From Mobula hypostoma (taxonomy: Eukaryota), in contig NC_086097.1 of NCBI RefSeq assembly GCF_963921235.1, positions 247,754,001 to 247,818,000 of the forward strand: 64,000 bases of DNA, given 5' to 3'. The notes beneath the pieces are model-generated. The model searched no databases. It had not been told where the DNA came from and saw only the letters and a program-made list of their open reading frames with translations. Made by a program: the position numbers and the translations under genes. How positions within the stretch are numbered: the first letter of the stretch is position 1; every line of letters begins with the position of its first letter. Below, one piece after another: positions 25,409-38,930 of this stretch.

Positions 25409-27527
25409 ATGAACCTTTATCACCACAAATCTTTAAAAAATTAATGTCATGCCTTTTCTTAAGTTTCTGCAACTAACCTGCTAAATATTAACAATTACCT
25501 TCAAATTTCAGTTTGTCATGAGAGATCTTTGCTTGTTTCATGATCAGTACACCACCATTAAGTGGCATATGTTCACTCCGATAGTGATGAATCCACTCTT
25601 TCAGTACACAACCGAGATCTTTACTTTTCACTTTAAGCTTTTTCTATATTTCATTAACTTTTGTTCATTACATATGTGAGGTCACTTCTTAGAATTGTCT
25701 GTGGTGCGCAGAGACCTGCGCATCGCCTGGGAGTCTTCCATGTGCCTGGTGGAGTTTGCCTTTGTGACGCCATGTCCGTGTTCGAAATAACTGTGGATTT
25801 CAGATTTCTGAGTCTCTTGGATTTTGGAATTTAGGATATGAATAAAGTTTATTTTGATAATAAATAAGCCCTTGCCTTGCAGCATCTTCCACAACCTGAC
25901 ACCATGTGTAAGGGTCCAGTACACCCAAACAACGTCTCATTAACAAGCAGTCTGCTAATGAGACCCTTGAACACCAAACTTCAAACTTCAAAGTCAATTT
26001 ATCACCAAAGTATGTGTTTCCTTGCAGGGATTTGCAGTAGGTACAAAGAAACATAGCAGAATCAATGAAAGACATTTCACACACAAAGGTGGACAAAGAA
26101 CCAATGTGCAAAAGACAACAAAATGCGCCAAATAATAATAAATAAATAATATTGTATGGATGAATTGTACAGTCCCTGAAAGTGAGCCCATCGGTTGTGG
26201 GAGCCATGGTAGGAATGCACTTATTGCAACGCTATGACACCTCGGGGCATCCTGGAATTCAGAGTTCAATTCCAGCGCCATTCTGATAGATAAACAAAAC
26301 AAAATAAAAACAATAATTCGTGCAAAACAGTGAGGCCGTATTGACGACCCATTGAGAAACCTGATGGCAGAGGGAACAAAGTGTGTGTCTTCGGGCTCCT
26401 GTATCTCCTCTCCAATGGTAGTAATGAGAAGAGGACATGCCCTGGGTGTTACATTGGAAACATACCACTCAGGCGGGAAGTGAGATTTACCGAGCGTTGT
26501 AACCAGCCATCAGATTAGCAGCAATAATTTACACATGCGCAAAACAAAATTGTTGGATGTTCTCTTTGCCAATCTTTTGCAATGGCTTGGGAGCCTAACA
26601 CCCTTGTGATCAGTTAGTGCACACAGCTTATCCACTGACTCGCAAATGACTCCCTGAAGTATTAACCCAGGTTAATTATTCGTCAAGTATGATTATGCAG
26701 TTCTAATGTAAAAATCAGTAAATGCAGGATGGCATTTTTCACTCCAGTGATTTGGCAGCTGGTGGAACGGTTGCAGTAATTACCAGCCCATTTCAGCGGG
26801 TCGGTCAAAATTCTGGTTTCGGGAAAAAAAAAGCAATAAATAACTGGGAGAGTGGCTATTCAGGTTATGCCAATTGACGAAGGGGAAATTTCACAGCTGC
26901 TGCAGGTGATAAATGGGAGCCAGCAGTCCTATCTCTAATCAATACATGTAAATGGTACTCATTACAGGGTTTATACATATTTCTCAATTAGCCTTTACTC
27001 TGACTGGGAACGAGGAATGTCATGCTTCTTGGAGTGTGAAAGTTATACTTTCCTCATGCTCACTTGCAGTCTGGTACAGCAGAAGGGCTTCCTCCATATA
27101 TCTGACAAAGGTAGCAGGTGCCAGTAACTAATAGCTATCAACCTTCCATTAAATTATAAGTTTGATGACTATACTCATATTTTGAGAAATTATTTATCAA
27201 AAAATCCATCAGCAATTTAGTTATTAATGCATTTATTGAGATTCAGCACGGAACAGACCCTTTCGCTCTTCAATCCGGGCCGCCCAGCAAGCCGTGATTT
27301 AACCCTAGCCAAATCATGGGAAATTTACAATGACCAGGTAAGCTACGAACCAGTACGTCTTTGGACTGTGGGAGGGAACCTGTGCAGTCGCGCGGAGAAT
27401 GGACAAATTCCTTACAGACAGCAGCAGGAATTGAACCCTGATCGCTGGCTGTGTAAGGCATTGTGCTAACCTCCATGTGCCACTTCAAATCAAATCAAAA
27501 ATTTCTTTGACCATAAATTTCCAAAAC

Positions 27528-27870
27528 TAAGAGATTCTGCAGATGTTGGAAATCCAGAGCAACACACAAAATGCTGGAGAAACTCAGTAGGTCAGGCAGC
27601 GTCTATGGAGATGAATAAAATAAACGTTTCAGGCTGAGACCCTTCGTCAGGATTCATCATGTCTTGGCCCAAAACGTAAGCTCTTTATCCCACTCCGTAG
27701 GTGCTACCTGACCTGCTGAGTTCCTCCAGCATTTTGCATGTGTTACTGTGCTTTTCTAGCATCTACAGAACCTCTCGTGCTTATGCACACACAGAATGCT
27801 GGAGGAACTCAGCAGGTCAGGCAGTGTCGAGGGGGGGGAGCAAGGAGTCAATATTTCAGGCCAGGACACT
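27528..27870. mobile_element. Inverted Penelope pLTR fragments
   Basis: AAAATGCTGGAGAAACTCAGTAGGTCAGGCAGC, its reverse complement, and a third partial copy. Confidence 0.7.
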
Positions 27871-28569
27871 TCATTAGGAAATTACCAAAGCAGTTATTAC
27901 AGAATCAGACAGCAGGGAAGGAGGCCATTTGGTGCATTGTTACTGACTCTTTGAAACAATTGTCTAAATACAGAGTAAATTTATTATCAAAGTACATATA
28001 TGTCACCATATACAACCCTGAGATTCATTTTCTTGTCCCACCCCTCTCCTTTTTCCTCACCACCCTGTAAATTTTCCAAGTACACATGCAATTCCCTCCA
28101 GAAAGCATGATTCCACCAACCTTTCAGGCAGTGTGCTCCTGATCATAGCTCACTGCATAACAAAAAAAAATCCTCTTCTTTTCCCTCCTGGTTATTTTGC
28201 CAATTATCTCGAATGTTTCAGACGCTCCTATTTCTGGATCAGACTCTCCCTGTCATCAAAAACCTTTCCCAATTCCGAACACCAACAGTAAAATGCACTT
28301 AACCTTTCTTGCTGCCCTGAACCGGAATATTTACTGCAGTTATTTGGTTGTGTGTTTTTAACAAGTAGAAAGGTAGAATGGACCAACAGGATCCATTGCA
28401 GCCAAAATACCCAGTCCCTGACATTACTGTTCTAAAGTATCAGAGATTCAGAATAACATCCTTCAATGAAGATTTCAGAGTATTAATCTCTGTGCATTTC
28501 TGTGCAAATTTTGTGCGCAAATTAACTTAAAGATTAGCTTTATTTGTCACATGTGTGTCCTCCCGGGAG

Positions 28570-29225
28570 GGGGGAGAAGATGGCGGCGAGATGGCAGCGC
28601 GCGTGGCCTCTTCGGTGATGGTATCTGATGTCTGTCAAGTAGGGGTCCGTGCACAATTCTGATTTGATGGAGGGAGACGTGAGAGTTCAGAGAAACATCT
28701 GGAAAACTTCTGAAATGCCCGCTTCGCTGCCACTGCTACTGTGTGGTAACCAGAATCTCCGGAGCAGAAGGCCCCAAAATCCTCGGCTTTGCGTATTTCA
28801 GCAGCCGGCGCTTGGCAGAGGATGGCGCTCGGGAGGCTGTATCAGAGGGGCTGGCCAGATGCTCCAAGTTTTCAGACGGATGGACTCAGTGTCGGCTGTG
28901 GTCGGCTGCTTCCAAGGTATCGGCAAGTTGACGGTGCCTGGAGGTTTATGGCAGGGAGTTTCTCCCTTTTGCCACCTGCTATCGGGGACTCGGGACTTTG
29001 AGACTTTTTTTTTACTGTGCCCATAGTCTGTTCTTCATCAAATTATGGTATTGCTTTGCACTGCTGTAACTATATGTTATAATTATGTGGTTCTGACAGT
29101 GTTAGTCTTTGGTTTGTCCTGTTTTCTGTGATATCACTCCAGAGAAACAGTGTATCATTTCTTAATGTGTGTATGCATTTCTAAATGACAATAAAAGAGG
29201 ACTGAGTGTTCTCATAATCTAATTT
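28570..29225 (+). mobile_element. Non-autonomous LINE-derived element with a CpG-rich head
   Basis: GGAGAAGATGGCGGCG start (YY1-like motif); AAATGACAATAAA near the 3' end. Confidence 0.55.
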
Positions 29226-29451
29226 GAAAATGAAGGAATCGAGTGAAGTGTGTTGTTTTGCACCCATGACCAATGCTGGGGTCAGACAGCAAGTGTCACT
29301 TCGCTTCTGATGCCAACGTAGCACGGCAATAACTTATCAATCCTAACCGTTATGTTATATACAGCTGCAATGTGAAACTATGGTGCAATACTTCAGGAAT
29401 ACAAAACTACAATGATTAACTTCATTTCCCGTGTGTACACCGCAATGTCAT

Positions 29452-30020
29452 ATTGGTGAGGCCGTAAATGGAGTACTGTGTGCATTTCTGGTCTCCTTAC
29501 TTGAGGAAGGATATACTGGCTTTGGAGGCAGTGCAGAGGAGGTTCACCAGGTTAGTTCCAGAGTTGAAGGGGTTAGATTATGAGGAGAGATTGAGACGCC
29601 TGGGACAGTACTCACTGGAATTCCGAAGAATGAGAGGAGCTCTTATAGAAACAGATAAAACTATGAAAGGAATAGTAAGAAAGAGGCAGGAAAGTTGTTT
29701 CCACTGGTAGGTGAGATTAGAACTAGCTGACATAGCCTGAAGATTCAGGGGAGTAGATTTAGGATAAAGATGAGGAGGAACTGCTTTTCCCATAGAGTGG
29801 TGAATCTGTGGAATTCTCTGCCCAATGAAGCAGTGGAGGCTACCTCAGTAAATATATTTGAGACAAAGTTGGATAGAATTTTGCATAGTAGGGGAATTAA
29901 GGGTTATGGGGAAAAGGCAGGTAGGTGGAGATGAGTCCATGGTCAGATCAGCCATGATCTTATTGAATGGCGGAGCAGGCTCGACAGGCCAGATGGCCGC
30001 TCTTGCTCCTATTTCTTATG
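29452..30020 (+). mobile_element. CR1 3' fragment
   Basis: EYCVHFWSPYLRKDILALEAVQRRFTRLVPELKGL. Confidence 0.9.
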
Positions 30021-30724
30021 TAGAACATACAATGAAATGTGTCAAATCAAATCAACGAAGATTATGATGGGTATAACCCGCACATGTCACCATGCTTCCA
30101 GTGCCAACATAGCATGCGCACAGCTGACTAACCCTAAACCCATTCAGTACGCCTCTGGAATGTGAGAGGAAACCAGATCATCCGGAGGAAATCCACACGG
30201 TCACAGGGAGAACTTACAATACTGTGCAAATGTCTTAGCAACATACTGTATATATATATACACACACACATATACACACATTAGCTAGGGTGCCTAAGAC
30301 GTTTGCACAGTACTGTATTTGTTAACGTGAAGTGGAGAGCAAAGGATGTTGGGAATGGCATGGGTGGAGCGATGTGGGAGGGGTGCGGGACAGGTGGCAG
30401 AGAAGGAGTGCCAGGGTCAGGGGTGTTTGACACAGGTACAGACACACCCCACCCTGAGACACCAGGCAAGGTCATTTGATTCCAAATGATTGGTTTATTG
30501 ATCATTACAGAACGTCTCTCTGGTGCTTCCCACTTCGTCCCCTCTCCCTTCCCCTTTTCCCAACCATGATTCCCCTCTCCCTGTCCCCTTCCCACTCTCA
30601 GTCCACATAGAGACCCGTATCAGAATCACTCACATATGTCATGACATTTGTTTTTTCTTGCGGCAGCAGTACAGTGCTATACATAAAAAATTACAATGAG
30701 AAATACTATATATATGTATATATC

Positions 30725-30728
<4 letters not shown>

Positions 30729-30772
<44 letters not shown>
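30729..30772. repeat. (GT)n microsatellite
   Basis: Directly visible. Confidence 0.95.
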
Positions 30773-30773
<1 letters not shown>

Positions 30774-32677
30774 TATATAAAGCAATGCAATATATATTTG
30801 GGACTAATTGGACTGAATCTTCAAAGAACTATCAGAGACTCAATGGGCGAAATGACTTCGTTCAGTGTCAGGTGATTCTGTGCAGTCTAGGTGATGGGCA
30901 ACAATGAAGAAATTTTACATACTGCTTTAATATATGAGATATCTCATCTTAAAAGGAAATAAATCCTCAGAGTCAAACTCAAGTTTAATATCAAATGTCT
31001 ATTCATTAATCTCTATTCAGTCAGTATCAGGATTATTATCACCGACATAGGTTATGAGATTTGTTGTTTTGTGTAATATGTAAAAATACTAGAAATTACA
31101 ATAGGAAATATACTGTGGTCTATGTATACAAGTTTTAAATTAAATTAGTGCAAAAAAAAAGCAGAGAACTAGTGTTGTTTTATTGTCCGTTCAGAAATCT
31201 GATGGCGGAGGGACGAGAAATGGACTGAATATAAGGAGCTCACCAAGAGCACAAAATACTTCACATTTGCAACAATGTCTACTGTATATTTCCAAAAACA
31301 CAAGGAAATGACAATATGTCTCCAATATCACCCCAGTGTCATGCATCGTCATAAAAGGCATCTATTTCGGTTCATGAGCCTAAGATGAGAAAAGCTGAAT
31401 TTTTTGCTGTCACTTTGAATTGCGCTGGGACAATATGGCAAAATTAAAAGCAGCCGATGGTAAAGTATCCAGTTTCGGTCATTATCTATCAGACGTGACA
31501 CAGTCCATTGAGGAAGACCAAACCCCTGGGTCATGCTCTGGATACTCTCTGCTGTCCCCAGGGGATCTGTTACTGATGTAGTTTCATGCCCGACCTCTTT
31601 GTGTGCATAGGGGCAAGAAATGATTTGGCTTCTGTCTAGTCCCACTTTTTAAAGGCAAGAGAACTAAACGGAAAATGCTGGTGTGGAGAAGGAAATTGTC
31701 AGTGTGCACATCAGAGGATATGGGAAGAGCCTTTCCACTTCAAACATAAAACCTCAATAAACGAGTTTCTTTCCTCCGAAGGATTCTGAAACAAGGTACA
31801 TCGTATAATCTCCCAGCATATCTCCACAAAATAAAAATAGAATATTAACTCTTCTTCCCTTCCACCATCATATTACTGAACAGACAATGAACCAGCCCAA
31901 GAACACCACCTCATTACTTTTGTTCCTATTTACACTACTTATAAGATTTAATTTTTTATATCTATTTATTATTTTCAGTTATAGTTTGCTTCATGTACGG
32001 AAGCCACAAAACAACAAATTTCACAACATGTCTGTGATATTAAAATTGATTCTGAGTTTACAGTAAATCTTATGCCTGTGCCTCCATGTAATTTATTTAG
32101 AGATTTCAAATAAAAACCATTTCACAAAAAGGACAAAGAATTGTGCATCAATGCTGGCCATTGCACAGTGAACGTGTGTTATAAATAATACAAATGCCTA
32201 GGACAGCGGGCACTCATAACTACCTTTGGACCCAATTTCAGTATTCAAAACAAAAAAAAGGGCTAATTTAGACATTAAAAATCTAAAGTTATCAGTGAAA
32301 TGTTTTGCACACTGTTTAACACAAAATTAGCTAGTTTTTGACAGCACAGACAGTATCTGCAAAAAATCAGACTGTTGATGATAGTGTTATAAAAACATAC
32401 GAAAATTCTAGTAAAGCCTTTCTATTCCTCTTGCAGACCAATCATGACAAAAATATATAAAATTATGAAATTAGCATTTATCTTAAAAATTTTCTTCCAT
32501 TTCCAATATACTTGTGATCTGCAATTATTGCACATTTTTGAATAAAAGGTGTTCTAATTTACAATCTCCTCATTCACGTCCTCTTTCAGGACCCCTCAAT
32601 TCATGTTTTCAGTATTATTTTTTTATTTCAGTATTTTTTTTATTTTTTTATTTACACTTTGGTTGTCAGTCCTTTTT

Positions 32678-32682
<5 letters not shown>

Positions 32683-32720
<38 letters not shown>
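32683..32720. repeat. (CA)n microsatellite abutting a pLTR fragment
   Basis: Directly visible. Confidence 0.9.
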
Positions 32721-32726
<6 letters not shown>

Positions 32727-34571
32727 CTGGAGGAACTCAGCAAGCCAGGCAGCATCTACGGAAAAGAGTTGTTTATATATTCACATGTTTATATATAGTT
32801 TTTCATAAATTCTAATACATTTCTTGTAAATGCTCACAAGAAAACAAATCTCAAGGTAGAGCTAATATATATATACACACACATACATACATTGATGATA
32901 AATTTTGATAATGAAGTTACTTTTGACTTTGAATTAGAATAGAAAAATAAATACATGCATTAACTCTACCATTACTTTGAGCTTGGGTTGTTTATAGTTT
33001 TAATTGACGTTAACTCAGAATTTGCATCTATTTTGTAAGGTTAGATATTATCTTGCATTGGCTGTACAAAAAAATTTCACTCATATATATATATATGCGC
33101 CTGGGACTTTTGCACAGTACTGTAGTAATTTTATGTATTATACTGAGCTGCTTGTTATATTTTGTAGGTTCAAAACATTAAACTAATTCAAGGAAGACAC
33201 AGCAGTCCAAAAATGCGGGTGTAACTTCATCTTTGCTTTAAGCGAAATGTGCGCACACACATATATATACACACACATACATACATACACACACACACGA
33301 TGACTCAAATATTACTAAAATATTAAATACACAACACTTGCCACAAAAATAAACAAATTTCATGACATATGTCAGTGGTGTTAAAGTTGATTCTGATTGT
33401 TTTAATCAGGATAGTGATGAGAAATTAGGAGGTTAAAATAGAATACTTTTTAAGAACCCTCAAATAAATGAACTTTATTTTCTTATTTTTCCAGTTAAAT
33501 AATTCCTCAGAGCATTTTTTTCTGGTTAAATGCTTTTGTCATTCCTTTTCAGATGATGATTCTTGCAATCGACCATTTTACATGCTGAATAAGACATTTT
33601 GCTAAATAAACAGACAAAATTCATTGCAAACCAATGTAAACTTGCCTATATGATGTCTCCTAATCATACAATCAATACAACTCTCTTTTGCCTGTGCATG
33701 ACCTTTTTCAAATTATCCCTCAATTTTTGTTGTCTCTGAATGAGATTGTCCTCTTTCATAAAACACTAAGTGCATGGAATAAGTGCTCTGGTTTTTACTG
33801 TCAGGCTCCCCTTGATGAAATGATGACAGATGCTTCACATCCCTCGAACAGTAAATGCAAACTGACAACAGATGAGCCTTCAGATGTTGAATATAATACT
33901 GAATTGTGGTTGAAGTGCCTTATTATCTTGTCTTTTGATGTCTGAAGCTTGGTTCATCTAAAAAAAGAGAACCCACAAACTGATTTGGCATTCCAGTATT
34001 GCCCTACCTTTAACGACTAGTTTCCAAATAAAACCTATCCTTACTGAAAATAAATACAGTAGGTTGAAAGGAAATGACAACAATTTGCTTATGTGCTGAG
34101 CTTTTGTATCGCAAGGTTGATGACTATTGTGGAAAGTATTCCTTCTTCAAACTACTTGAAAAAAATACTAGTCTGAATTATGTACTGTATGTTTGATTAT
34201 GTACCTTATGTAGAGATGCACCTCATATGTTTATTTTCCTGAAATTTTTACACTTGATTTATGCAGGTTGTAAAAATATTGGGACACAAGAGATACTGGA
34301 AATCGAGAGTAACACACACATATACACAAGGCTAGAAGAACTTAGTAGGACAGGCAGCACCTATCAGAATCAGAATCAGGTTTAATATCACCAGCATGTG
34401 TCATCAAATTTGTTAACTTTGTGGCAACAGTACATTGTGATACATAATAATGGAGAAAGAAAAAAAACTGAATTACTGTAAATATATAATGGTTAAATTA
34501 AATAAGTAGTGGAAAAAATAGAAATAAACAAAGTAATGATGTAATGCTCATGGGTACAATGTCCATTTAGA

Positions 34572-36870
34572 AATAGAAACATAGAAAATAGGTGCAGGAG
34601 TAGGCCATTCGGCCCTTCGAGCCTGCACCACCATTTATTATGATCATGGCTGATCATCCAACTCAGAACCCTGTACCTGCCTTCCCTCCATACCCCCTGA
34701 CCCCCGTAGCCACAAGGGCCATATCTAACTCCCTCTTAAATATCGCCAATGAACTGGCCTCAACTGTTTCCTGTGGCAGAGAATTCCACAGATTCACCAC
34801 TCTCTGTGTGAAGAAGTTTTTCCTCATCTCGGTCATAAAAGGCTTCCCCTTTATCCTCAAACTGTGACCCCTCATTCTGGACTTCCCCAACATCGGGAAC
34901 AATCTTCCTGCATCTAGCCTGTCCAATCCCTTTAGGATTTTATACGTTTCAATCAGATCCCCCCTCAATCTTCTAAATTCCAACGAGTACAAGCCTAGTT
35001 CATCCAGTCTTTCTTCATATGAAAGTCCTGCCATCCCAGGAATCAATCTGGTGAACCTTCTTTGTACTCCCTCTATGGCAAGGATGTCTTTCCTCAGATT
35101 AGGGGACCAAAACTGCACACAATACTCCAGGTGTGGTCTCACCAAGGCCTTGTACAACTGCAGTAGTACCTCCCTGCTCCTGTACTCAAATCCTCTCGCT
35201 ATAAATGCCAGCATACCATTCGCCTTTTTCACCGCCTGCTGTACCTGCATGCCCACTTTCAATGACTGGTGTATAATGACACCCAGGTCTCGTTGCACCT
35301 CCCCTTTTCCTAATCGGCCACCATTCAGATAATAATCTGTTTTCCTATTTTTGCCACCAAAGTGGATAACTTCACATTTATCCACATTAAATTGCATCTG
35401 CCATGAATTTGCCCACTCACCCAACATATCCAAGTCACTCTGCATCCTCTTAGCATCCTCCTCACAGCTAACACTGCCGCCTAGTTTCGTGTCATCCGCA
35501 AACTTGGAGATGCTGCATTTAATTCCCTCATCCAAGTCATTAATATATATTGTAAACAACTGGGGTCCCAGCACTGAGCCTTGCGGTACCCCACTAGTCA
35601 CTGCCTGCCATTCTGAAAAGGTCCCGTTTATTCCCACTCTTTGCTTCCTGTCTGCTAACCAATTCTCTAACCACATCAATACTTTACCCCCAATACCGTG
35701 TGCTTTAAGTTTGCACACTAATCTCCTGTGTGGGACCTTGTCAAAAACCTTTTGAAAATCTAAATATACCACATCCACTGGTTCTCCCCTATCCACTCTA
35801 CTAGTTACATCCTCAAAAAATTCTATGAGATTCGTCAGACATGATTTTTCTTTCACAAATCCATGCTGACTTTGTCCGATCATTTCACCGCTTTCCAAAT
35901 GTGCTGTTATCACATCTTTAACAACTGACTCCAGCAGTTTCCCCACCACCGATGTTAGGCTAACGGGTCTATAATTCCCCGGTTTCTCTCTCCCTCCTTT
36001 TTTTAAAAAGTGGGGATACATTAGCCACCCTCCAATCCTCAGGAACTAGTCCAGAATCTAACGAGTTTTGAAAAATTATCACTAATGCATCCACTATTTC
36101 TTGGGCTACTTCCTTAAGCACTCTGGGATGCAGACCATCTGGCCCTGGGGATATATCTGCCTTTAATCCCTTCAATTTACCTAACACCACTTCCCTACTA
36201 ACGTGTATTTCGCTCAGTTCCTCCATCTCACTGGACCCTCTGTCTCCTACTATTTCTGGAAGATTATTTATGTCCTCCTTAGTGAAGACAGAACCAAAGT
36301 AATTATTCAATTGGTCTGCCATGTCCTTGCTCCCCATAATCAATTCACCTGTTTCTGTCTGTAGGGGACCTACATTTGTCTTTACCAGTCTTTTCCTTTT
36401 TACATATCTATAAAAGCTTTTACAGTCCGTTTTTATGTTCCCTGCCAGTTTTCTCTCATAATCTTTTTTCCCCTTCCTAATTAAGCCCTTTGTCCTCCTC
36501 TGCTGAACTCTGAATTTCTCCCAGTCCTCTGGTGAGCCACTTTTTCTGGCTAATTTGTATGCTTCTTCTTTGGAATTGATACTATCCCTAATTTCTCTTG
36601 TCAGCCACGGGTGCACTACCTTCCTTGATTTATTCTTTTGCTAAACTGGGATGAACAATTGTTGTAGTTCATCCATGCAATTTTTAAATGCTTGCCATTG
36701 CATATCCACCGTCAATCCTTTAAGTGTCATTTGCCAGTCTATCTTAGCTAATTCACGACTCATACCTTCAAAGTTACCCCTCTTTAAGTTCAGAACCTTT
36801 GTTTCTGAATTAACTATGTCACTCTCCATGTTAATGAAGAATTCCACCATGTTATGGTCACTCTTACCCA
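34572..36870 (-). mobile_element. Young 5'-truncated CR1 LINE with a near-intact RT (frameshift near 36000)
   Basis: 452-aa ORF with [34 protein letters not shown] and KFADDTKL; contiguous upstream ORF2 pieces; it splits an older repeat at GTCCATTTAGAAAT|CAGATGACAGAGG. Confidence 0.95.
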
Positions 36871-37299
36871 AATCAGATGACAGAGGGGGAGAACCTGTTC
36901 CTGAATCGTTGAGTGTGTGCCTTCAGGCTTCTGTACCTCCTTCCTGATGGTAGCAATGAGAAGGGTGTATGTCCTGGGTGATGGAGGGGGTGGTCCTTAA
37001 AGATGGACTACTGGTGCACCTTCGTCATGATTGCATCAATATGGTGGGCCCAGCATAGATCGCTGCACTGTTGATCCCTCAAAGGCAACTGGTGTGTGTT
37101 CTCTGGCTTTCCCAACCTGAAGTCCACACTCAGTTCCTTGGTCTTTCTGATAATGAGTGTAGGGTTGCTGTTGTGACACCATTCAACCAGCCAATATCAG
37201 TGGCATTAACAGCCAATTTTTAGGTAGCGTTTTTGAGCTGTGCCCGGCCATATAGTGTAAGTGTACAGGGAGTAGGGTTATAAACTTTATATATTCTTT

Positions 37300-37690
37300 C
37301 CAAACGCATTTGTTTCTACTGTCGGTCAAAAGGATTTCCCATCACAGAATCGTTTTTGTTTTATACTACTGCTCGAGCTCTCAGGTCTTCTTCTGCCAGT
37401 CCCTTAAATCTAAACAACCTCCCTCAAAAGATATTTGGCAGGTCAGCTTTTTGGAACTACGGTCCTAAACTGTGGAACTCAGTACCTAAAACTACAAGAC
37501 TCAGTTGATACTTTTAAACTCCAGCTCAAAACTTATTTACTTAACATTGCATTTAACTGACATCTTATTGTCTTTCATTTCATGTTTATTTTTATATTTT
37601 ATATTGATGTTTTCACTTTATCCCATCATAAAGCACTTTTAACTACATCATCTGTATGAAAAGTGCTCCATAAATAAGATTATTATATTT
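37300..37690 (+). mobile_element. L2 LINE 3' end
   Basis: CCTAAACTGTGGAACTC...TTTAAACTCCAGCTCAAAACTTATTT and TGTATGAAAAGTGCTCCATAAATAAG(ATT)n tail. Confidence 0.65.
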
Positions 37691-37712
37691 ACCAGTGCAA
37701 TTAGATCATAAA

Positions 37713-38215
37713 AGCATAAGACATAGGAGCACAATTAGGCTACTTGGTCATCGAGTCTGCTCCACCAGTTCACCATTGCTGATCCATTTCCACCTCATCA
37801 CCACTCTCCTGCCTTCTGACTGTAAACTTTCACTCCCTGACTAATCAAGAACCTATCAACCTCTGTCTTAAACGCACCCAATGACTTGGCTTCCAAGGCT
37901 ATCTGTGCTAACGAATTCCATAGATTCATCACGCCCCAGCTAACAAAATTCCTCCCTATTTCTGTTCTAAATGGACATCCCTCCATTTTTAGGTGTGCCC
38001 TCAAGTCCTAGACTCCCCCACCATAGGAAAATTATCTTCTCATCCACTCTGTTGAGACCTTTCAATATTTAATAGGTTTCAATGAGATCCTCCTTCATTC
38101 TTTTAAATTCCAGTGATTACAGGCCTAGAGCCGTCAGTCGCTGCTCATGTGATAAGCCTTCATTCTTGGGATCATTCTCATGACCCTCCTGTGAGCCCTC
38201 TCCAATGTCAGTATC
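37713..38215 (-). mobile_element. CR1 3' fragment
   Basis: GCPFRTEIGRNFVSWGVMNLWNSL. Confidence 0.85.
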
Positions 38216-38456
38216 TCCATTTAATTAGTTATGGAATCCTAAAGCACAGAAGTAGTGACTTTATCCCACAGAGTCCAAGCTGATCATTGAACTATTTTCT
38301 TTTATTTTCAGTCTCATGATATTCCTATCAACTCCCCCAAGAACCCACCATCCATTTACAGACCGCAGGCAAACACAGTGTCTAATTACCTAACCACGCA
38401 ATAAAAAATTAGTGTAAGCTAATTCATAAGAAGAACATGCAATCTCAACGTCGACA

Positions 38457-38930
38457 GCAGGAGATCTGAATACTACCCACTAAGGGCAGCTCAATGTGTG
38501 CATCAGGAGATCTGAATAGTGCCCAACATCGCCAGCTCAATGTGGGCATCAGGAGATCTGGACAGTGCCCAACATCACCAGCTCAATGTGGGCATCAGGA
38601 GATCTGAATAGTGCCCTCTATTGGCAGCTCAACGTGGGCATCAGGAGATCTGAATAGTGCCCAACATCACCAGCTCAATGTGGGCATCAGGAGATCTGAA
38701 CAGTGCCCAACATCACCAGCTCAATGTGGGCATCAGGAGATCTGAATAGTGCCCAACATCACCAGCTCAATGTGGGCATCAGGAGATCTGAATAGTGCCC
38801 AACATCACCAGCTCAATGTGGGCATCAGGAGATCTGAATAGTGCCCACCAAGGGCTGCTCAATATGAGCATCGGGAGATCTGAATAGTGTCCAACATCAC
38901 CAGCTCAATGTGGGCATCAGGAGATCTGAG
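38457..38930. repeat. 46-bp minisatellite, about 10 copies
   Basis: Unit CAGGAGATCTGAATAGTGCCCAACATCACCAGCTCAATGTGGGCAT. Confidence 0.95.

Larger units (their letters stand above)
24122..25413 (+). mobile_element. Non-autonomous LINE-derived element inserted in the Tigger copy; hosts the 24950-25275 cassette
   Basis: AAGATGG-type head, 3' end GTGAAGAAGATGAATTTCAGG shared with local SINE tails, and TTGAAACCATGAACC tail. Confidence 0.5.
23851..25842 (-). mobile_element. Tigger4/Zombi-like pogo DNA transposon, internally deleted and interrupted at about 24122-25413
   Basis: End GTTGAGTTTCCCTTATCCAAAGTGCTTGGG...GGATTTT; minus-strand transposase remnants EFTDEFAKVIADEDL (24050-24115) and EWIHHYRSEHMPLNG..LIMKQAK...LQKLKKRHDINFLKICGDK (25414-25620, CENP-B-type HTH). 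Confidence 0.75.

Noticed and set aside
38457..38930. CRISPR-like array
   Set aside because: The units are contiguous tandem copies with mostly identical cores and no unique spacers. There are no cas genes and the context is vertebrate.
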